In this document: one piece after another, positions 39,587 through 49,322 of the stretch
Numbering within the stretch: the stretch's first letter is position 1
Layout of the letters: every line of letters starts with the position of its first letter
NCBI GenBank assembly: GCA_045533905.1
Contig: JAZSIR010000002.1
Span: forward strand, 1 to 64,000
Direction: 5' to 3'
Source of the DNA: Clostridia bacterium
Lineage (GTDB): Bacteria; Bacillota; Clostridia; UMGS1883; UMGS1540
Length of the DNA: 64,000 bases
Translations under genes and position numbers: made by a program
Notes under the pieces: generated by a model
The model's database searches: none
What the model was told of the DNA's origin: nothing
The model's input: the letters and a program-made list of their open reading frames with translations, nothing else

Positions 39587-40747
39587 ATGGATTCTACACA
39601 CGTATATGAAAAATACAGCCGCACGTTTGCGCGCATTGACCTGGATGCAATTTCGCACAATCTGTCCCAGCTCAAAAGCTGCATTGCACCGGGTGTTCGC
39701 GCTATGGCCGTTGTAAAGGCCGACGGCTACGGGCACGGCAGCGTGCGCGTGGCACGGCACATTGAAGAAGATGTGGATTACTTCGCGGTGGCAGAGCTTA
39801 GCGAAGCCATTATTCTTCGCGAAGGCGGCATACAGAAACCGATTTTAATTCTCTCGTATACGAGTCCCCTCCAGTATGATACGCTTCTTTCCTATGACAT
39901 TACGGCCTCGATTTATAACTACGAAGAAGCCGTGGCACTGTCGGAAGCCGCCGAAAAGATGGGAAAACGCGCCTGTGTACATGCAGTTGTAGATACAGGT
40001 ATGGGGCGTATCGGCGTAAAACCCTCCGCGGAAGGTGCCGATATCATAAAGAACATTTCTCTTCTGCCCGGGCTTTATGTGGAAGGGCTTTTCAGCCACT
40101 ACGCCTGTGCGGATTGCGAGAATAAGTGCGATGCGCTTTCACAAACGGCTCTTTTTGACGCGTTTATCGCGCTTTTATCCGAACGCTCGGTTGAAATCCC
40201 GATAAAGCACATCTGCAATAGTGCCGGTACCATGGATTTTACAAAGCAGTATGATATGTGCCGCCTCGGCATTGCGCTCTACGGGCTTTATCCGTCGGAT
40301 GAGATGGATACGGAGAAAATCGAGCTCCATCCTGCGATGGAGGTTGTCAGCCATGTTGTACATACCAAAACGGTACCGAAAGGCTTCCAGATCGGGTACG
40401 GGCATATTTATACAGCACCCGAAGAGCGCCGCGTGGCCACCGTTTGCATCGGCTATGCGGACGGGTTCAACCGCTGCCTCACAGGCGCCGGATATGTGCT
40501 TATTCACGGTAAAAAGGCCCCGATTGTCGGCAAAGTTTGTATGGACCAGATTATGGTCGATATCACCGACATTCCGGACATTTTAGTAGGTGATCACGCC
40601 GTTATCCTCGGCAAAAACGATGGCGCCGTTCTCTCGGCTGAAGACTTTGGCGCGATGTGCCACAGCTTTAACTACGAAGTGGTTTGCACCTTTATGCCGC
40701 GCGTTGAACGGCTTTACTACAAGGGAGAAACGCTTCTCTCAGAGTAA
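39587..40747 (+). CDS. alr: alanine racemase
   Basis: AVVKADGYGHG (PLP Lys), VDTGMGRIG, GLFSH, GYG, GYADG, GKVCMDQ, YEVVC. Confidence 0.93.
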   Translation: MDSTHVYEKYSRTFARIDLDAISHNLSQLKSCIAPGVRAMAVVKADGYGHGSVRVARHIEEDVDYFAVAELSEAIILREGGIQKPILILSYTSPLQYDTLLSYDITASIYNYEEAVALSEAAEKMGKRACVHAVVDTGMGRIGVKPSAEGADIIKNISLLPGLYVEGLFSHYACADCENKCDALSQTALFDAFIALLSERSVEIPIKHICNSAGTMDFTKQYDMCRLGIALYGLYPSDEMDTEKIELHPAMEVVSHVVHTKTVPKGFQIGYGHIYTAPEERRVATVCIGYADGFNRCLTGAGYVLIHGKKAPIVGKVCMDQIMVDITDIPDILVGDHAVILGKNDGAVLSAEDFGAMCHSFNYEVVCTFMPRVERLYYKGETLLSE

Positions 40748-40765
40748 TTCAAAACACAACAAGGC

Positions 40766-40962
40766 AGACATCGAAAAACGAAGGTATATTTTACGAAATC
40801 GGTACGATGGTACAGTAGAGAACGATTTCGTAAAAAGCAAGAAATGACGGAGATTCTCGATGAATCGCCGTCATTAAAATTTATAATTCTTTGCGGGGGA
40901 AGAGGAATACGCAAAGTGTTTATGAGAGTATTCTTGCGGTAGAGCAAGTTTTTCGACAGTCT
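40766..40962. repeat. ~200 bp structured intergenic repeat (MITE-like), copy 2
   Basis: Colinear with 30005-30211 in the same orientation; ends AGACA-TCGAAAAAC / GTTTTTCGACAGTCT. Confidence 0.85.
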
Positions 40963-40963
40963 G

Positions 40964-40995
40964 AAGGCAGAAACGAATCGTTTCTGCCTTTTTAT
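40964..40995. terminator. terminator between alr and pdaA
   Basis: AAGGCAGAAACGA-a-TCGTTTCTGCCTTTTT. Confidence 0.8.
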
Positions 40996-41774
40996 TATTG
41001 CACGTATTCGTCCAAAGAACGGAATTCGTACCCTTCGGCGCGTGCCGAATCAATGATATCCCCAAGTGCTTCGGCATTATCGCGCGATACGGCGTGTAAA
41101 AGAATGACCGCGCCGCCGTGAAGCCCTGCCATCACCTTATTATAGGCATAGGCTTTTCCGCGGCTTTCGTTTTGCGCCCAGTCCTCATATGCAAAGCTCC
41201 AGAAAACGTTGGTGTACCCCATTTTTTGGGTAAGTGCAAGCGTTCGCTCGTTATACTCGCCTTTTGGCGGACGGAGATACCGCATGCTAGCCCCAAACTT
41301 TTCGGAAAATGCGCGCGTAAGACCTACAATCTCTTCTTCCAGCTTTTTGTCGTCCGTCACCGTCGGGAGCGAAGGGTGATTTACAGTATGATTTCCCACA
41401 ATATGCCCTTCCTCCACCATGCGCCCGACAAGATCGGGGTGCGAGTTTAGATAGTCCATTGTAATAAAAAAAGCGGCCGGTACGTTTTTTTCTTTTAACG
41501 TGTCGAGAATCCCGGCGGTGTATCCGTTTTCATACCCTTCATCGAATGTAAGATAGATGCCTTTATCCTCTTTCCCCATGTAAAGGCATCCGTATGTATC
41601 CATAGCCGCAATTTGTTCCGCGGTAAATTCCGGCCTTCCCCCGGGCATACGGCGAAAGCCCCACCCTTCGACGGCTGCCGCAACCGGCGCCGTTTTCTCT
41701 TTTGGCGGTGCTTCTCCTGCCGCGCACCCTGCAAGCAAAAGTGCCGAAAGCGCGAAACTCATCAGCTTTTTCAT
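40995..41774 (-). CDS. pdaA: polysaccharide deacetylase PdaA-like (delta-lactam biosynthesis) lipoprotein
   Basis: Lipobox LAGC; IYLTFDEGYENGYT..ILD.LK, GNHT.NHP, RPPKGEY, FWSFAY.DW, ILLHAVS.DN. Confidence 0.88.
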   Translation of the reverse strand: MKKLMSFALSALLLAGCAAGEAPPKEKTAPVAAAVEGWGFRRMPGGRPEFTAEQIAAMDTYGCLYMGKEDKGIYLTFDEGYENGYTAGILDTLKEKNVPAAFFITMDYLNSHPDLVGRMVEEGHIVGNHTVNHPSLPTVTDDKKLEEEIVGLTRAFSEKFGASMRYLRPPKGEYNERTLALTQKMGYTNVFWSFAYEDWAQNESRGKAYAYNKVMAGLHGGAVILLHAVSRDNAEALGDIIDSARAEGYEFRSLDEYVQ

Positions 41775-42871
41775 ATAATGGCTCCTTTCCGAACAACAAG
41801 CGGGTACGAAGGCGTTCCGGCAAGATGTCTCCCCGCCCGCATCAGGCAATTCTTATCGAAGATTACATTTTCTGCACGGCAATCTGCATCGATATACGTT
41901 TTCTCCATCACAATGCAGTTTTTCAGATGCGCGTTTTTCCCGAGATGTACGCCGCCTGAGAAAATGCAGTTTTCGGCGCGTCCTTCCAGCATACAGCCGT
42001 CCGCTACAATCGAATGGTGCACTTCGGCCGCCTCTCCGTACCGCGTCGGCGCATACTGCCCCGCACGTGTAAAAATCTCCTCTTTTCCGCGAAAAAGAGT
42101 GCTCTGTATTTTTTCATCGAGAAGCCCCATATGCATCTCAAAATAGGCACGGGGGCTATCTACTGTCCATACCCTTCCCTCTTCCGTATGCACATATATA
42201 CGAAGGCTTCCGCGGTAGTGCAGAAACAGTTCCTCTAAAGAGCCGCAAACGCCCGCCTCTTTTGCCCCCGCGAGGAGATCTATAAGAAGGGATTTGGAAA
42301 GGATATACATCCCCATACCGAAAAAACGGCCTTCTGCGTGATGCGGATCAAGTGCCATTTTTTCCACCCTGCCCTCTCTGTCAGCCTCTAAAACGAAGTG
42401 ACGGGAAGGATTCGTACGTCCCGCATGGCAAAGCACTGTCACATCCGCCTCTTTTTCTTTATGAAAAGCAATCGCGCGCGAAAAATTCACATTGCAAACG
42501 GTATTCGCCCGTGCGAGGACTACAAGGCGCTGTCGGCTCTTTGCAAGATACGGAATACTTTCCGAAAGCGTACGCACATCGTCTGTATAAAAAGCGGCGC
42601 CCACGCCTTGCGGCGGGAGAATATGCAATCCCCCGGTCTGTCTCCTGAGGTCCCACGCCTCGCCTGCGCCAAGATATGAAAAAAGAGATGCACATTGTTT
42701 GCCCGTCAAAACGGCAACATTTGTAATGGCGGAATTGGCCATAGCACTGAGTGCAAAATCAATAAGGCGATAGTGCCCGCAAACGGGGAGCGATGCGCCT
42801 GTGCGCTCTGCGCAGAGTTCCCGGAGGCCCCCGCCCGCATTCGTTAGCAGTAGTCCCATCGCATTTTGCAT
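41771..42871 (-). CDS. glgD: glucose-1-phosphate adenylyltransferase subunit GlgD
   Basis: R..ASLP..G.YRLIDF.LS...NS, G..WDL.R..GGL; C-terminal hexapeptide repeats; lacks the GGxGxRL motif. Confidence 0.88.
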   Translation of the reverse strand: MQNAMGLLLTNAGGGLRELCAERTGASLPVCGHYRLIDFALSAMANSAITNVAVLTGKQCASLFSYLGAGEAWDLRRQTGGLHILPPQGVGAAFYTDDVRTLSESIPYLAKSRQRLVVLARANTVCNVNFSRAIAFHKEKEADVTVLCHAGRTNPSRHFVLEADREGRVEKMALDPHHAEGRFFGMGMYILSKSLLIDLLAGAKEAGVCGSLEELFLHYRGSLRIYVHTEEGRVWTVDSPRAYFEMHMGLLDEKIQSTLFRGKEEIFTRAGQYAPTRYGEAAEVHHSIVADGCMLEGRAENCIFSGGVHLGKNAHLKNCIVMEKTYIDADCRAENVIFDKNCLMRAGRHLAGTPSYPLVVRKGAII

Positions 42872-42890
42872 TTCATCTTCCTCCATCCGC

Positions 42891-44018
42891 CTACGGCGTT
42901 TCGCTTTCAACAACGGCAATTTCGCCGTCCTTTTGCGGGCGGATCTGCGCACTGCGGCTAACGCGCGCACCCCTCCCCAATATTGCATTTTCTACACGGG
43001 CACCCTGCCCGACCACAGCACCCGGCAAAAGCACACTGTGCGAAACGGTTGCCCCTTCCAAAACGGTTGTATCCATCGATAAAACGCTTTTTTCCGCCGT
43101 GCCGTACATCCGGCAGCCTTCTGCAAGTATACTGTCCAAAACACGTGCATTTGCCCCAACAAAATGCGGCGGCAAATTTTCCGCGCGGCGCAGAATCGGC
43201 CAGTCGGCATCATAGAGGTCGAAGCGCGGTGGCATTGCCAGAAGGTCCATATTCGCTTCCCATAGGCTTTCGGGCGTGCCTACATCCCGCCAGTAGCCGT
43301 CAAACGTATACGCGGAAAGCTTTTCGCCCGCCGAGAGCATCCGCGGGATGATATTCTTCCCGAAATCGTTTTGTGACGCGGGGTCAAGCGCATCGAGCAT
43401 CAGATACTCCCGAAGCACTTGCCACTCGAATATATACACGCCCATAGAGGCGAGATTCCCCTTCGGCTCTTTCGGCTTTTCCCAAAATGCCGTAATGCGG
43501 GAAGATGTATCCGTTTCCATAATACCAAAGCGCGAAGCCTCCGCTACGGGCACGCGAAGCACCCCAATTGTACCCACAGTACCTGTCCCTTTATGAAATT
43601 CCAGCATTTTCCCATAGTGCATTTTATAAATATGGTCGCCCGATAAAATGAGGACATACCCGGGCGAGAAGCGTTCTATAAAGCCAATATTCTGATACAC
43701 GGCGTTGGCCGTGCCGCAGTACCATTCGCCCTCTCCGCTTTTTTGATACGGCGGCAGGATGTGTACGCCGCCGCGGCTCCGGTCAAGATCCCATGGGCTT
43801 CCGTTTCCGATGTAGGTATTCAGTTCAAAAGGCCGGTACTGTGTCAGCACGCCCACCGTGGAAATCCCGGAATGTGTACAGTTTGAAAGTGTAAAGTCTA
43901 TGATGCGATACTTGCCGCCGAACGAAACGGCCGGTTTTGCTATGTTTCGGGTCAGTGCGCCAAGGCGGCTTCCCTGCCCGCCTGCCAGTATCATGGCAAT
44001 GCATTCTGCACCGTACAA
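42891..44018 (-). CDS. glgC: glucose-1-phosphate adenylyltransferase GlgC
   Basis: [14 protein letters not shown]...[43 protein letters not shown]. Confidence 0.96.
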   Translation of the reverse strand: MYGAECIAMILAGGQGSRLGALTRNIAKPAVSFGGKYRIIDFTLSNCTHSGISTVGVLTQYRPFELNTYIGNGSPWDLDRSRGGVHILPPYQKSGEGEWYCGTANAVYQNIGFIERFSPGYVLILSGDHIYKMHYGKMLEFHKGTGTVGTIGVLRVPVAEASRFGIMETDTSSRITAFWEKPKEPKGNLASMGVYIFEWQVLREYLMLDALDPASQNDFGKNIIPRMLSAGEKLSAYTFDGYWRDVGTPESLWEANMDLLAMPPRFDLYDADWPILRRAENLPPHFVGANARVLDSILAEGCRMYGTAEKSVLSMDTTVLEGATVSHSVLLPGAVVGQGARVENAILGRGARVSRSAQIRPQKDGEIAVVESETP

Positions 44019-44213
44019 GCTCTCATCTCCCTTCGGCGCGGTTCTTATGGTAGTATATTATTTTTCACTCCCTTTTATGCTCTTTGCACGATTTATTTCC
44101 GCAAAAGGTGTATTCTTATGTTACATTTTTGTTAATTTTATAAAAATTCCTTGCAAAAAGATGAAAAAAAGGTATAATAATAGGTGGGACAATTTTTCAG
44201 AAGGGAGCAAGAT

Positions 44214-45308
44214 ATGGCTAACAGATTTTATCAGAGTGTACTGTATCAGATGAGCGTATCCATTGACCGCAAAGTGGGCCTTTATGAGGATGGCGACTTC
44301 ATTTTTTCTTATCCGGAAGACACTGCACTCCTCCAGCACAGTGCTGAACTTCAGCGTCTTACCGAAACGATGGAAGAACCGCTTCTTTTCGGCGGCTTCA
44401 CCTTCCTTGGATATCCTACGCATTCCACCACCCCTGAGTTTGTTGTTTTTGTAGAAGGGGAAGATGCGGATGCGCTTCGCTATGCGGAAATGATTGCGAT
44501 TTCCGTAAACTCTATGAACCAGTTACATAACGACAGATATGACCGTTCCAACCTTATCCGGAACATCATTTTGGATAATGTCTTGCCGGGAGATATTCTG
44601 GTAAGTGCAAAGGAACTGCACCTTACCTACGATGCACCGCGTGTCATTATGCTTCTCAGAACGAATGACGGCGCTTCGAGCGCACATACGCTTGTGGAAG
44701 TTGTGCAAAATCTCTTCCCCGAAAGAACCCGTGACTTTGTCTTTAGTCTTGACGAGCGTAACACCATTTTGGCAAAAGAGCTTCGCCCCGACACGACAGA
44801 GGTGGAAATCAGCCACCTTGCGCAAACGGTGCTTGACACGGTGAATACGGAAGCATATGCACAGGTTACCATCGGCATCGGCTCCGTAGCCGGCACTATC
44901 AAGGACCTTGCAAAATCCTATAAGGATGCCCGTGTGGCACTTGAGGTCGGCAAGGTGTTTGATACAGATCGCTCGATTATCAACTATGAAAACCTCGGTA
45001 TCGGCCGCCTGATCTACCAGCTGCCGACGACGCTTTGCGAGCTGTTCTTATCTGAAGTATTCAAGAAAGAATCTATCGATGCACTCGATGCGGAAACGCT
45101 TTTCACCATTCAGAAGTTCTTTGAAAACGACCTGAATGTTTCGGAAACTTCCCGCCAGCTGTATGTGCACCGCAACACGCTTGTGTACCGTCTTGATAAG
45201 GTGCAGAAGCTCACAGGTCTTGACCTTCGCATCTTTGACCATGCCATCGTTTTCAAAATCGCACTTATGGTAAAGAGATATCTGACCGCAAGCCCCATGA
45301 AACTGTAA
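44214..45308 (+). CDS. CdaR/PucR-family transcriptional regulator
   Basis: GGDEF-like central domain, C-terminal HTH LNVSETSRQLYVHRNTLVYRLDK..TGLDL; usual position upstream of ftsE in Clostridia. Confidence 0.9.
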   Translation: MANRFYQSVLYQMSVSIDRKVGLYEDGDFIFSYPEDTALLQHSAELQRLTETMEEPLLFGGFTFLGYPTHSTTPEFVVFVEGEDADALRYAEMIAISVNSMNQLHNDRYDRSNLIRNIILDNVLPGDILVSAKELHLTYDAPRVIMLLRTNDGASSAHTLVEVVQNLFPERTRDFVFSLDERNTILAKELRPDTTEVEISHLAQTVLDTVNTEAYAQVTIGIGSVAGTIKDLAKSYKDARVALEVGKVFDTDRSIINYENLGIGRLIYQLPTTLCELFLSEVFKKESIDALDAETLFTIQKFFENDLNVSETSRQLYVHRNTLVYRLDKVQKLTGLDLRIFDHAIVFKIALMVKRYLTASPMKL

Positions 45309-45362
45309 TTCGGATAGGCAAAGCCCTGCGGCTTTGCCTATCTCTGCAAAAAGGAAAAAAGT

Positions 45363-46052
45363 ATGATTTATTTTAACAACGTAACCAAAATTTATGAAGA
45401 TAACAAAGCCGTGGCGCTTGAGGATGTCAGTTTCCATGTGGAAAAAGGCGAATTTGTGTTCCTTGTCGGGCACAGCGGCGCCGGTAAATCCTCCATCATC
45501 CGTATGCTTCTCTGCGAAGAAACACCCACACGCGGTGAAGTTATTATCAACGGCCACAATATCGGCACGCTTACGAGAAAAGAAATCCCCTTTCTTCGCC
45601 GCGAAATCGGCGTAGTTTTTCAGGATTTCCGTCTTTTACCTGCGCGCACGGTGTATGAAAATGTGGCGTTTGCTATGCGCATTGTCGGCGCTTCTTCAAG
45701 ACAGATGCGCCGCCGTATTCCGGAGGTTCTCAATATGGTCGGCCTTTCCCGCAAGGCAAAGGCATATCCCTCCCAGCTTTCGGGCGGTGAACAGCAGCGC
45801 GTTTCCATGGCGCGTGCCCTTGCCAACAATCCGTCTATTCTGATTGCGGACGAGCCCACGGGTAACCTTGACCGCGAAAAGGCCGCCGAAATTATGAAGA
45901 TTTTAGAGGATATCAACAACCGCGGCACCACCATTTTAATGGCCACACACGCAGAAAAGGTTGTAAATGAAATGCATAAACGCGTTATTACGCTTGATAT
46001 GGGTCACCTTATAAGCGACGAATCCGAGGGGGTGTATACAGTTGGCGTTTAG
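45363..46052 (+). CDS. ftsE: cell division ATP-binding protein FtsE
   Basis: [34 protein letters not shown]. Confidence 0.96.
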   Translation: MIYFNNVTKIYEDNKAVALEDVSFHVEKGEFVFLVGHSGAGKSSIIRMLLCEETPTRGEVIINGHNIGTLTRKEIPFLRREIGVVFQDFRLLPARTVYENVAFAMRIVGASSRQMRRRIPEVLNMVGLSRKAKAYPSQLSGGEQQRVSMARALANNPSILIADEPTGNLDREKAAEIMKILEDINNRGTTILMATHAEKVVNEMHKRVITLDMGHLISDESEGVYTVGV

Positions 46053-46932
46053 AGAATTCCGCTACTACTGCACAGAAGCTTTCAAAAGTATTTTTTATAA
46101 TTTTCTGATGACGCTTGCAAGCGTCATTACCGTGACGGGCTGTCTCCTGTTCCTCGGCTCCTTCACGCTCTTCAGCCTCAATCTCGGCTACATTGCCGAC
46201 CAGGTGCGCGAAGAATGTAAGATGGTGGCGTATGTAGACCGTTCTTATACCAATGCACAGGCAGAATCGCTCGGCTCTATTCTGACGGAGATTGAAAATG
46301 TTTCCGATATTGATCTGGAAACACGTGCGGAAGCCCTTGAGGGCGCACGTGCCATGCTCGCCGAAGGCGGCCTTTCGCTCGAAGGCTTTGAAGATGACAG
46401 TTTCCTCCGCGCTTCCTACACCATTTCGCTTTCTGACCTCGAGCTCGCCGCAGAAACGGCCGAGCGTATCCGGGGAATTGACGGCATTGAGGAAGTAAGC
46501 CTGCAGCAGGATATTACCGATAATGTACTCCGCACCACGGGCGTTATCAAAGGCGCTCTCATCATCAGTATGTTCGTGCTTGCGCTGATTGCGATTTTTA
46601 TCGTTTCGAACACCATAAAGCTTGCCGTTTTTGCCCGCGAAAAGGAAATTCACATTATGAAGTATGTGGGCGCGACAGACTGGTTTATCCGTTGGCCGTT
46701 CATCATCGAAGGCATTTTTGTAGGGCTTGTGGGCGGTCTCATTTCGCTCCTCGCCTGCATGGCACTTTACGGCGGCATTGCCAATGCCGTGGGTGGTTCC
46801 CCCTGGTTCCCGTTTGACCTTCTCTCGTTCGGTTCCATTTCCAGCTCTCTCGTTCTGGTATTGCTTCTCTTTGGCTCCCTGATGGGTGCGCTCGGCAGTA
46901 TCATTGCCGTAAGAAAGCATCTCAAGGTTTGA
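46042..46932 (+). CDS. ftsX: cell division permease FtsX
   Basis: 4 TM; SNTIKL...AR.KEI.IMK.VGAT.WFIR.PF..EG. Confidence 0.95.
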   Translation: MAFREFRYYCTEAFKSIFYNFLMTLASVITVTGCLLFLGSFTLFSLNLGYIADQVREECKMVAYVDRSYTNAQAESLGSILTEIENVSDIDLETRAEALEGARAMLAEGGLSLEGFEDDSFLRASYTISLSDLELAAETAERIRGIDGIEEVSLQQDITDNVLRTTGVIKGALIISMFVLALIAIFIVSNTIKLAVFAREKEIHIMKYVGATDWFIRWPFIIEGIFVGLVGGLISLLACMALYGGIANAVGGSPWFPFDLLSFGSISSSLVLVLLLFGSLMGALGSIIAVRKHLKV

Positions 46933-46956
46933 GTTTTCCCTCTGAAAGGAGTTCTT

Positions 46957-48135
46957 ATGCATAAAAAAATCCAGAAAAAAATTGTCATCGTCTTTGCGAT
47001 TATAGCGTGTCTTTGTCTTTTGGTGCCGCTTGTAACACCGATTCTTTCGGCACGCGCCGATACCGTGGCAGAGCTGCAGGATAAGCTTTCCGCCGCAGAA
47101 AAGGCACGGAAAGAGGCTGAAGCCGGTCTTTCCAAAGTAAAACAGAATATTTCCAGTGCCCAGTCTAAACGACAGGCACTTGACCTTGAGATTTCCGGCC
47201 TTGAAACGGAAATTTATGAGCTTACGGTGCAGATTGAAGAAAATGAAAAGGCAATCGGCGAGGTTACCCGCGAGCTTGAGGAAGCTGAGAAAGACGCGAA
47301 GGAATATGAAGGCACCTACAAGGAACGTGTGCGCGTAATGTACGAAAGAAGCCACGCCTCCTTCCTGAATATTCTCTTTGGCGCCTCAGACTTTTCCGAC
47401 CTTCTAAAGCGCGTAGAAGTTGTTTCGCAGATTGTGGAATACGACCGCACCGTTATGCAGCGCATGGCAGAAGCCCGTGCAAAAATTGAAGAAAAGAAAA
47501 AGAACCTTGAAGAGGCCAATGCCGTAGTGGAATTAAACCGCGAAATCTTAAATACCAAGAAAGCGGAAATTGATGCAAACAAAGCGGCACTCGGCGCTAT
47601 TATCTTGGATCTCGAATCGGATGCAGCGGCATACCGCGCCGCTCTTGACGAAGCGGACCGCGCCGAAGAAGCGCTTCGTGCGGAAATCCGCGCGCTCTCT
47701 TCCCCGTCCTCTTCCACAACGACCGTTCCGACCGCTGACAGTGGCGGACAGCTTTGCTGGCCCACACCTTCCACAACCTATATCACCTCGCCGTACGGCA
47801 CGCGCTTCCATCCCGTGCAGCAGCGTATGAAAACCCACACGGGCATTGATATCGGGGCCGGCCACGGTGCTTCCATCCTGGCCGCCGAATCCGGCACGGT
47901 GCTTCGCGCAGATTACAACAGCGGCTACGGCAACTACGTTGTTATCGACCACGGCGGTGGCGTGCAGACGCTCTACGGCCACTGCAGTGCACTTTTGGTA
48001 AAAAGCGGTCAGTCTGTCTCCCGCGGGCAGCAAATCGCACTTGTCGGCTCCACCGGCGTTTCCACCGGCCCGCACCTCCACTTCGAAGTACTCATAAACG
48101 GCGCCTATACCGATCCGATGGGATATTTTGATTAA
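46957..48135 (+). CDS. coiled-coil M23 peptidase (EnvC/CwlO-like murein hydrolase)
   Basis: Long coiled coil plus M23 HTGIDIG, TLYGH, TGPHLHFE. Confidence 0.92.
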   Translation: MHKKIQKKIVIVFAIIACLCLLVPLVTPILSARADTVAELQDKLSAAEKARKEAEAGLSKVKQNISSAQSKRQALDLEISGLETEIYELTVQIEENEKAIGEVTRELEEAEKDAKEYEGTYKERVRVMYERSHASFLNILFGASDFSDLLKRVEVVSQIVEYDRTVMQRMAEARAKIEEKKKNLEEANAVVELNREILNTKKAEIDANKAALGAIILDLESDAAAYRAALDEADRAEEALRAEIRALSSPSSSTTTVPTADSGGQLCWPTPSTTYITSPYGTRFHPVQQRMKTHTGIDIGAGHGASILAAESGTVLRADYNSGYGNYVVIDHGGGVQTLYGHCSALLVKSGQSVSRGQQIALVGSTGVSTGPHLHFEVLINGAYTDPMGYFD

Positions 48136-48186
48136 TCGCCACATATACTCTCTATACACATATTCTCGGAAAGGGAGGAAATACTC

Positions 48187-49287
48187 TTGCCCAAAAAACC
48201 GATATATATAACCGCGCTTGTAAGCGCGGTTATAACTATGCTCCTTTGCCTCGGCGTGTGGTTTTTCACGCTCACGGACGCCGATAAGCTGGAAATGCTT
48301 ATCCTGCATCATTATGCCGGCGAGGTGGACCGCGAAACGCTTTCCGCCGGTGCAGCCCGTGGAATGATCGGCGCACTGGACGACAGGCACAGCGTATACT
48401 TTGACGAAGATGAATACGAGCTTTTTATGGAAGATCTTGCCGCTTCCTACACCGGCATCGGTGTGGAGGTGCAACTTTCCGACGGGCGTATGCAGGTAAT
48501 CGCCCCCTTTGAGGGAACGCCTGCTGCCGAAGCGGGCGTTTTAGCAGGGGACTTCATCGAAAAGGTGGATGACATTGTAGTAACCGAGCAGACCTTCGCC
48601 TCGGCCGTTACCTATATGCGCACAAAAGACGACGATGCACCGATTATGCTTTCTATTATAAGAGACGGGATGCCGCTTACAATCACCGTTGTGCGGCGGG
48701 AAATCACGCTGAAAACCGTGACGAGCGAAATGATAGACGATGTGGCCTATATCCGCATCCGCAGTTTTGACGCCCCCACCGCAGGCGAAATGGCAACCGC
48801 TATTGAAGAAGCGGAAAGACGGAACGCGCGCGGCCTTGTGATTGATGTTCGGGATAATCCCGGCGGCTATCTCGAAAGTGTAACTTCCATTTCGGATATG
48901 CTTCTGCCGCGTTGCACCGTGGTATATACGAAGGATAAAAACGACCGCCAGCTATTTTATTTTGAAAGCGATGCGGACTGCACGCCGCTTCCCATCGTGC
49001 TTCTTATAAACGAAAACAGTGCCTCCGCCTCCGAGGTTTTGGCAGGGGCTTTAAAGGATAATAAACGTGCACAGCTTGTAGGTACCAAAACCTTCGGCAA
49101 GGGAAGTGTACAAAACGTATTCCACCTTGGCGACGGCGGTGCCAAAATCACGGTGGCGCACTTCTACACGGCCAGCGGCGCGCGCATTAACGGAAACGGC
49201 GTCGAGCCCACACATCCCGTGGAAAACACAGACCCCAAGGTGGATGCACAGCTTGAAATGGCGCTTTCCCTCCTCCGCGAGGAATAA
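48187..49287 (+). CDS. S41 C-terminal processing peptidase (CtpA/CtpB-like)
   Basis: PDZ GIG, DVRDNPGG, SASASE, GTKTFGKGSVQ. Confidence 0.93.
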   Translation: MPKKPIYITALVSAVITMLLCLGVWFFTLTDADKLEMLILHHYAGEVDRETLSAGAARGMIGALDDRHSVYFDEDEYELFMEDLAASYTGIGVEVQLSDGRMQVIAPFEGTPAAEAGVLAGDFIEKVDDIVVTEQTFASAVTYMRTKDDDAPIMLSIIRDGMPLTITVVRREITLKTVTSEMIDDVAYIRIRSFDAPTAGEMATAIEEAERRNARGLVIDVRDNPGGYLESVTSISDMLLPRCTVVYTKDKNDRQLFYFESDADCTPLPIVLLINENSASASEVLAGALKDNKRAQLVGTKTFGKGSVQNVFHLGDGGAKITVAHFYTASGARINGNGVEPTHPVENTDPKVDAQLEMALSLLREE

Positions 49288-49289
49288 GT

Positions 49290-49318
49290 AAAGGCTCTCC
49301 AAAAGGAGAGCCTTTTTT
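49290..49318. terminator. bidirectional terminator
   Basis: AAAGGCTCTCC-aaaa-GGAGAGCCTTTTTT between convergent genes. Confidence 0.8.
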
Positions 49319-49322
49319 GTTT

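Noticed and set aside
30005-40962. Composite transposon bounded by the two repeat copies
   Set aside because: The enclosed DNA includes core genes (mgtE, spoIIA, rnpB), the copies are diverged and no transposase is present
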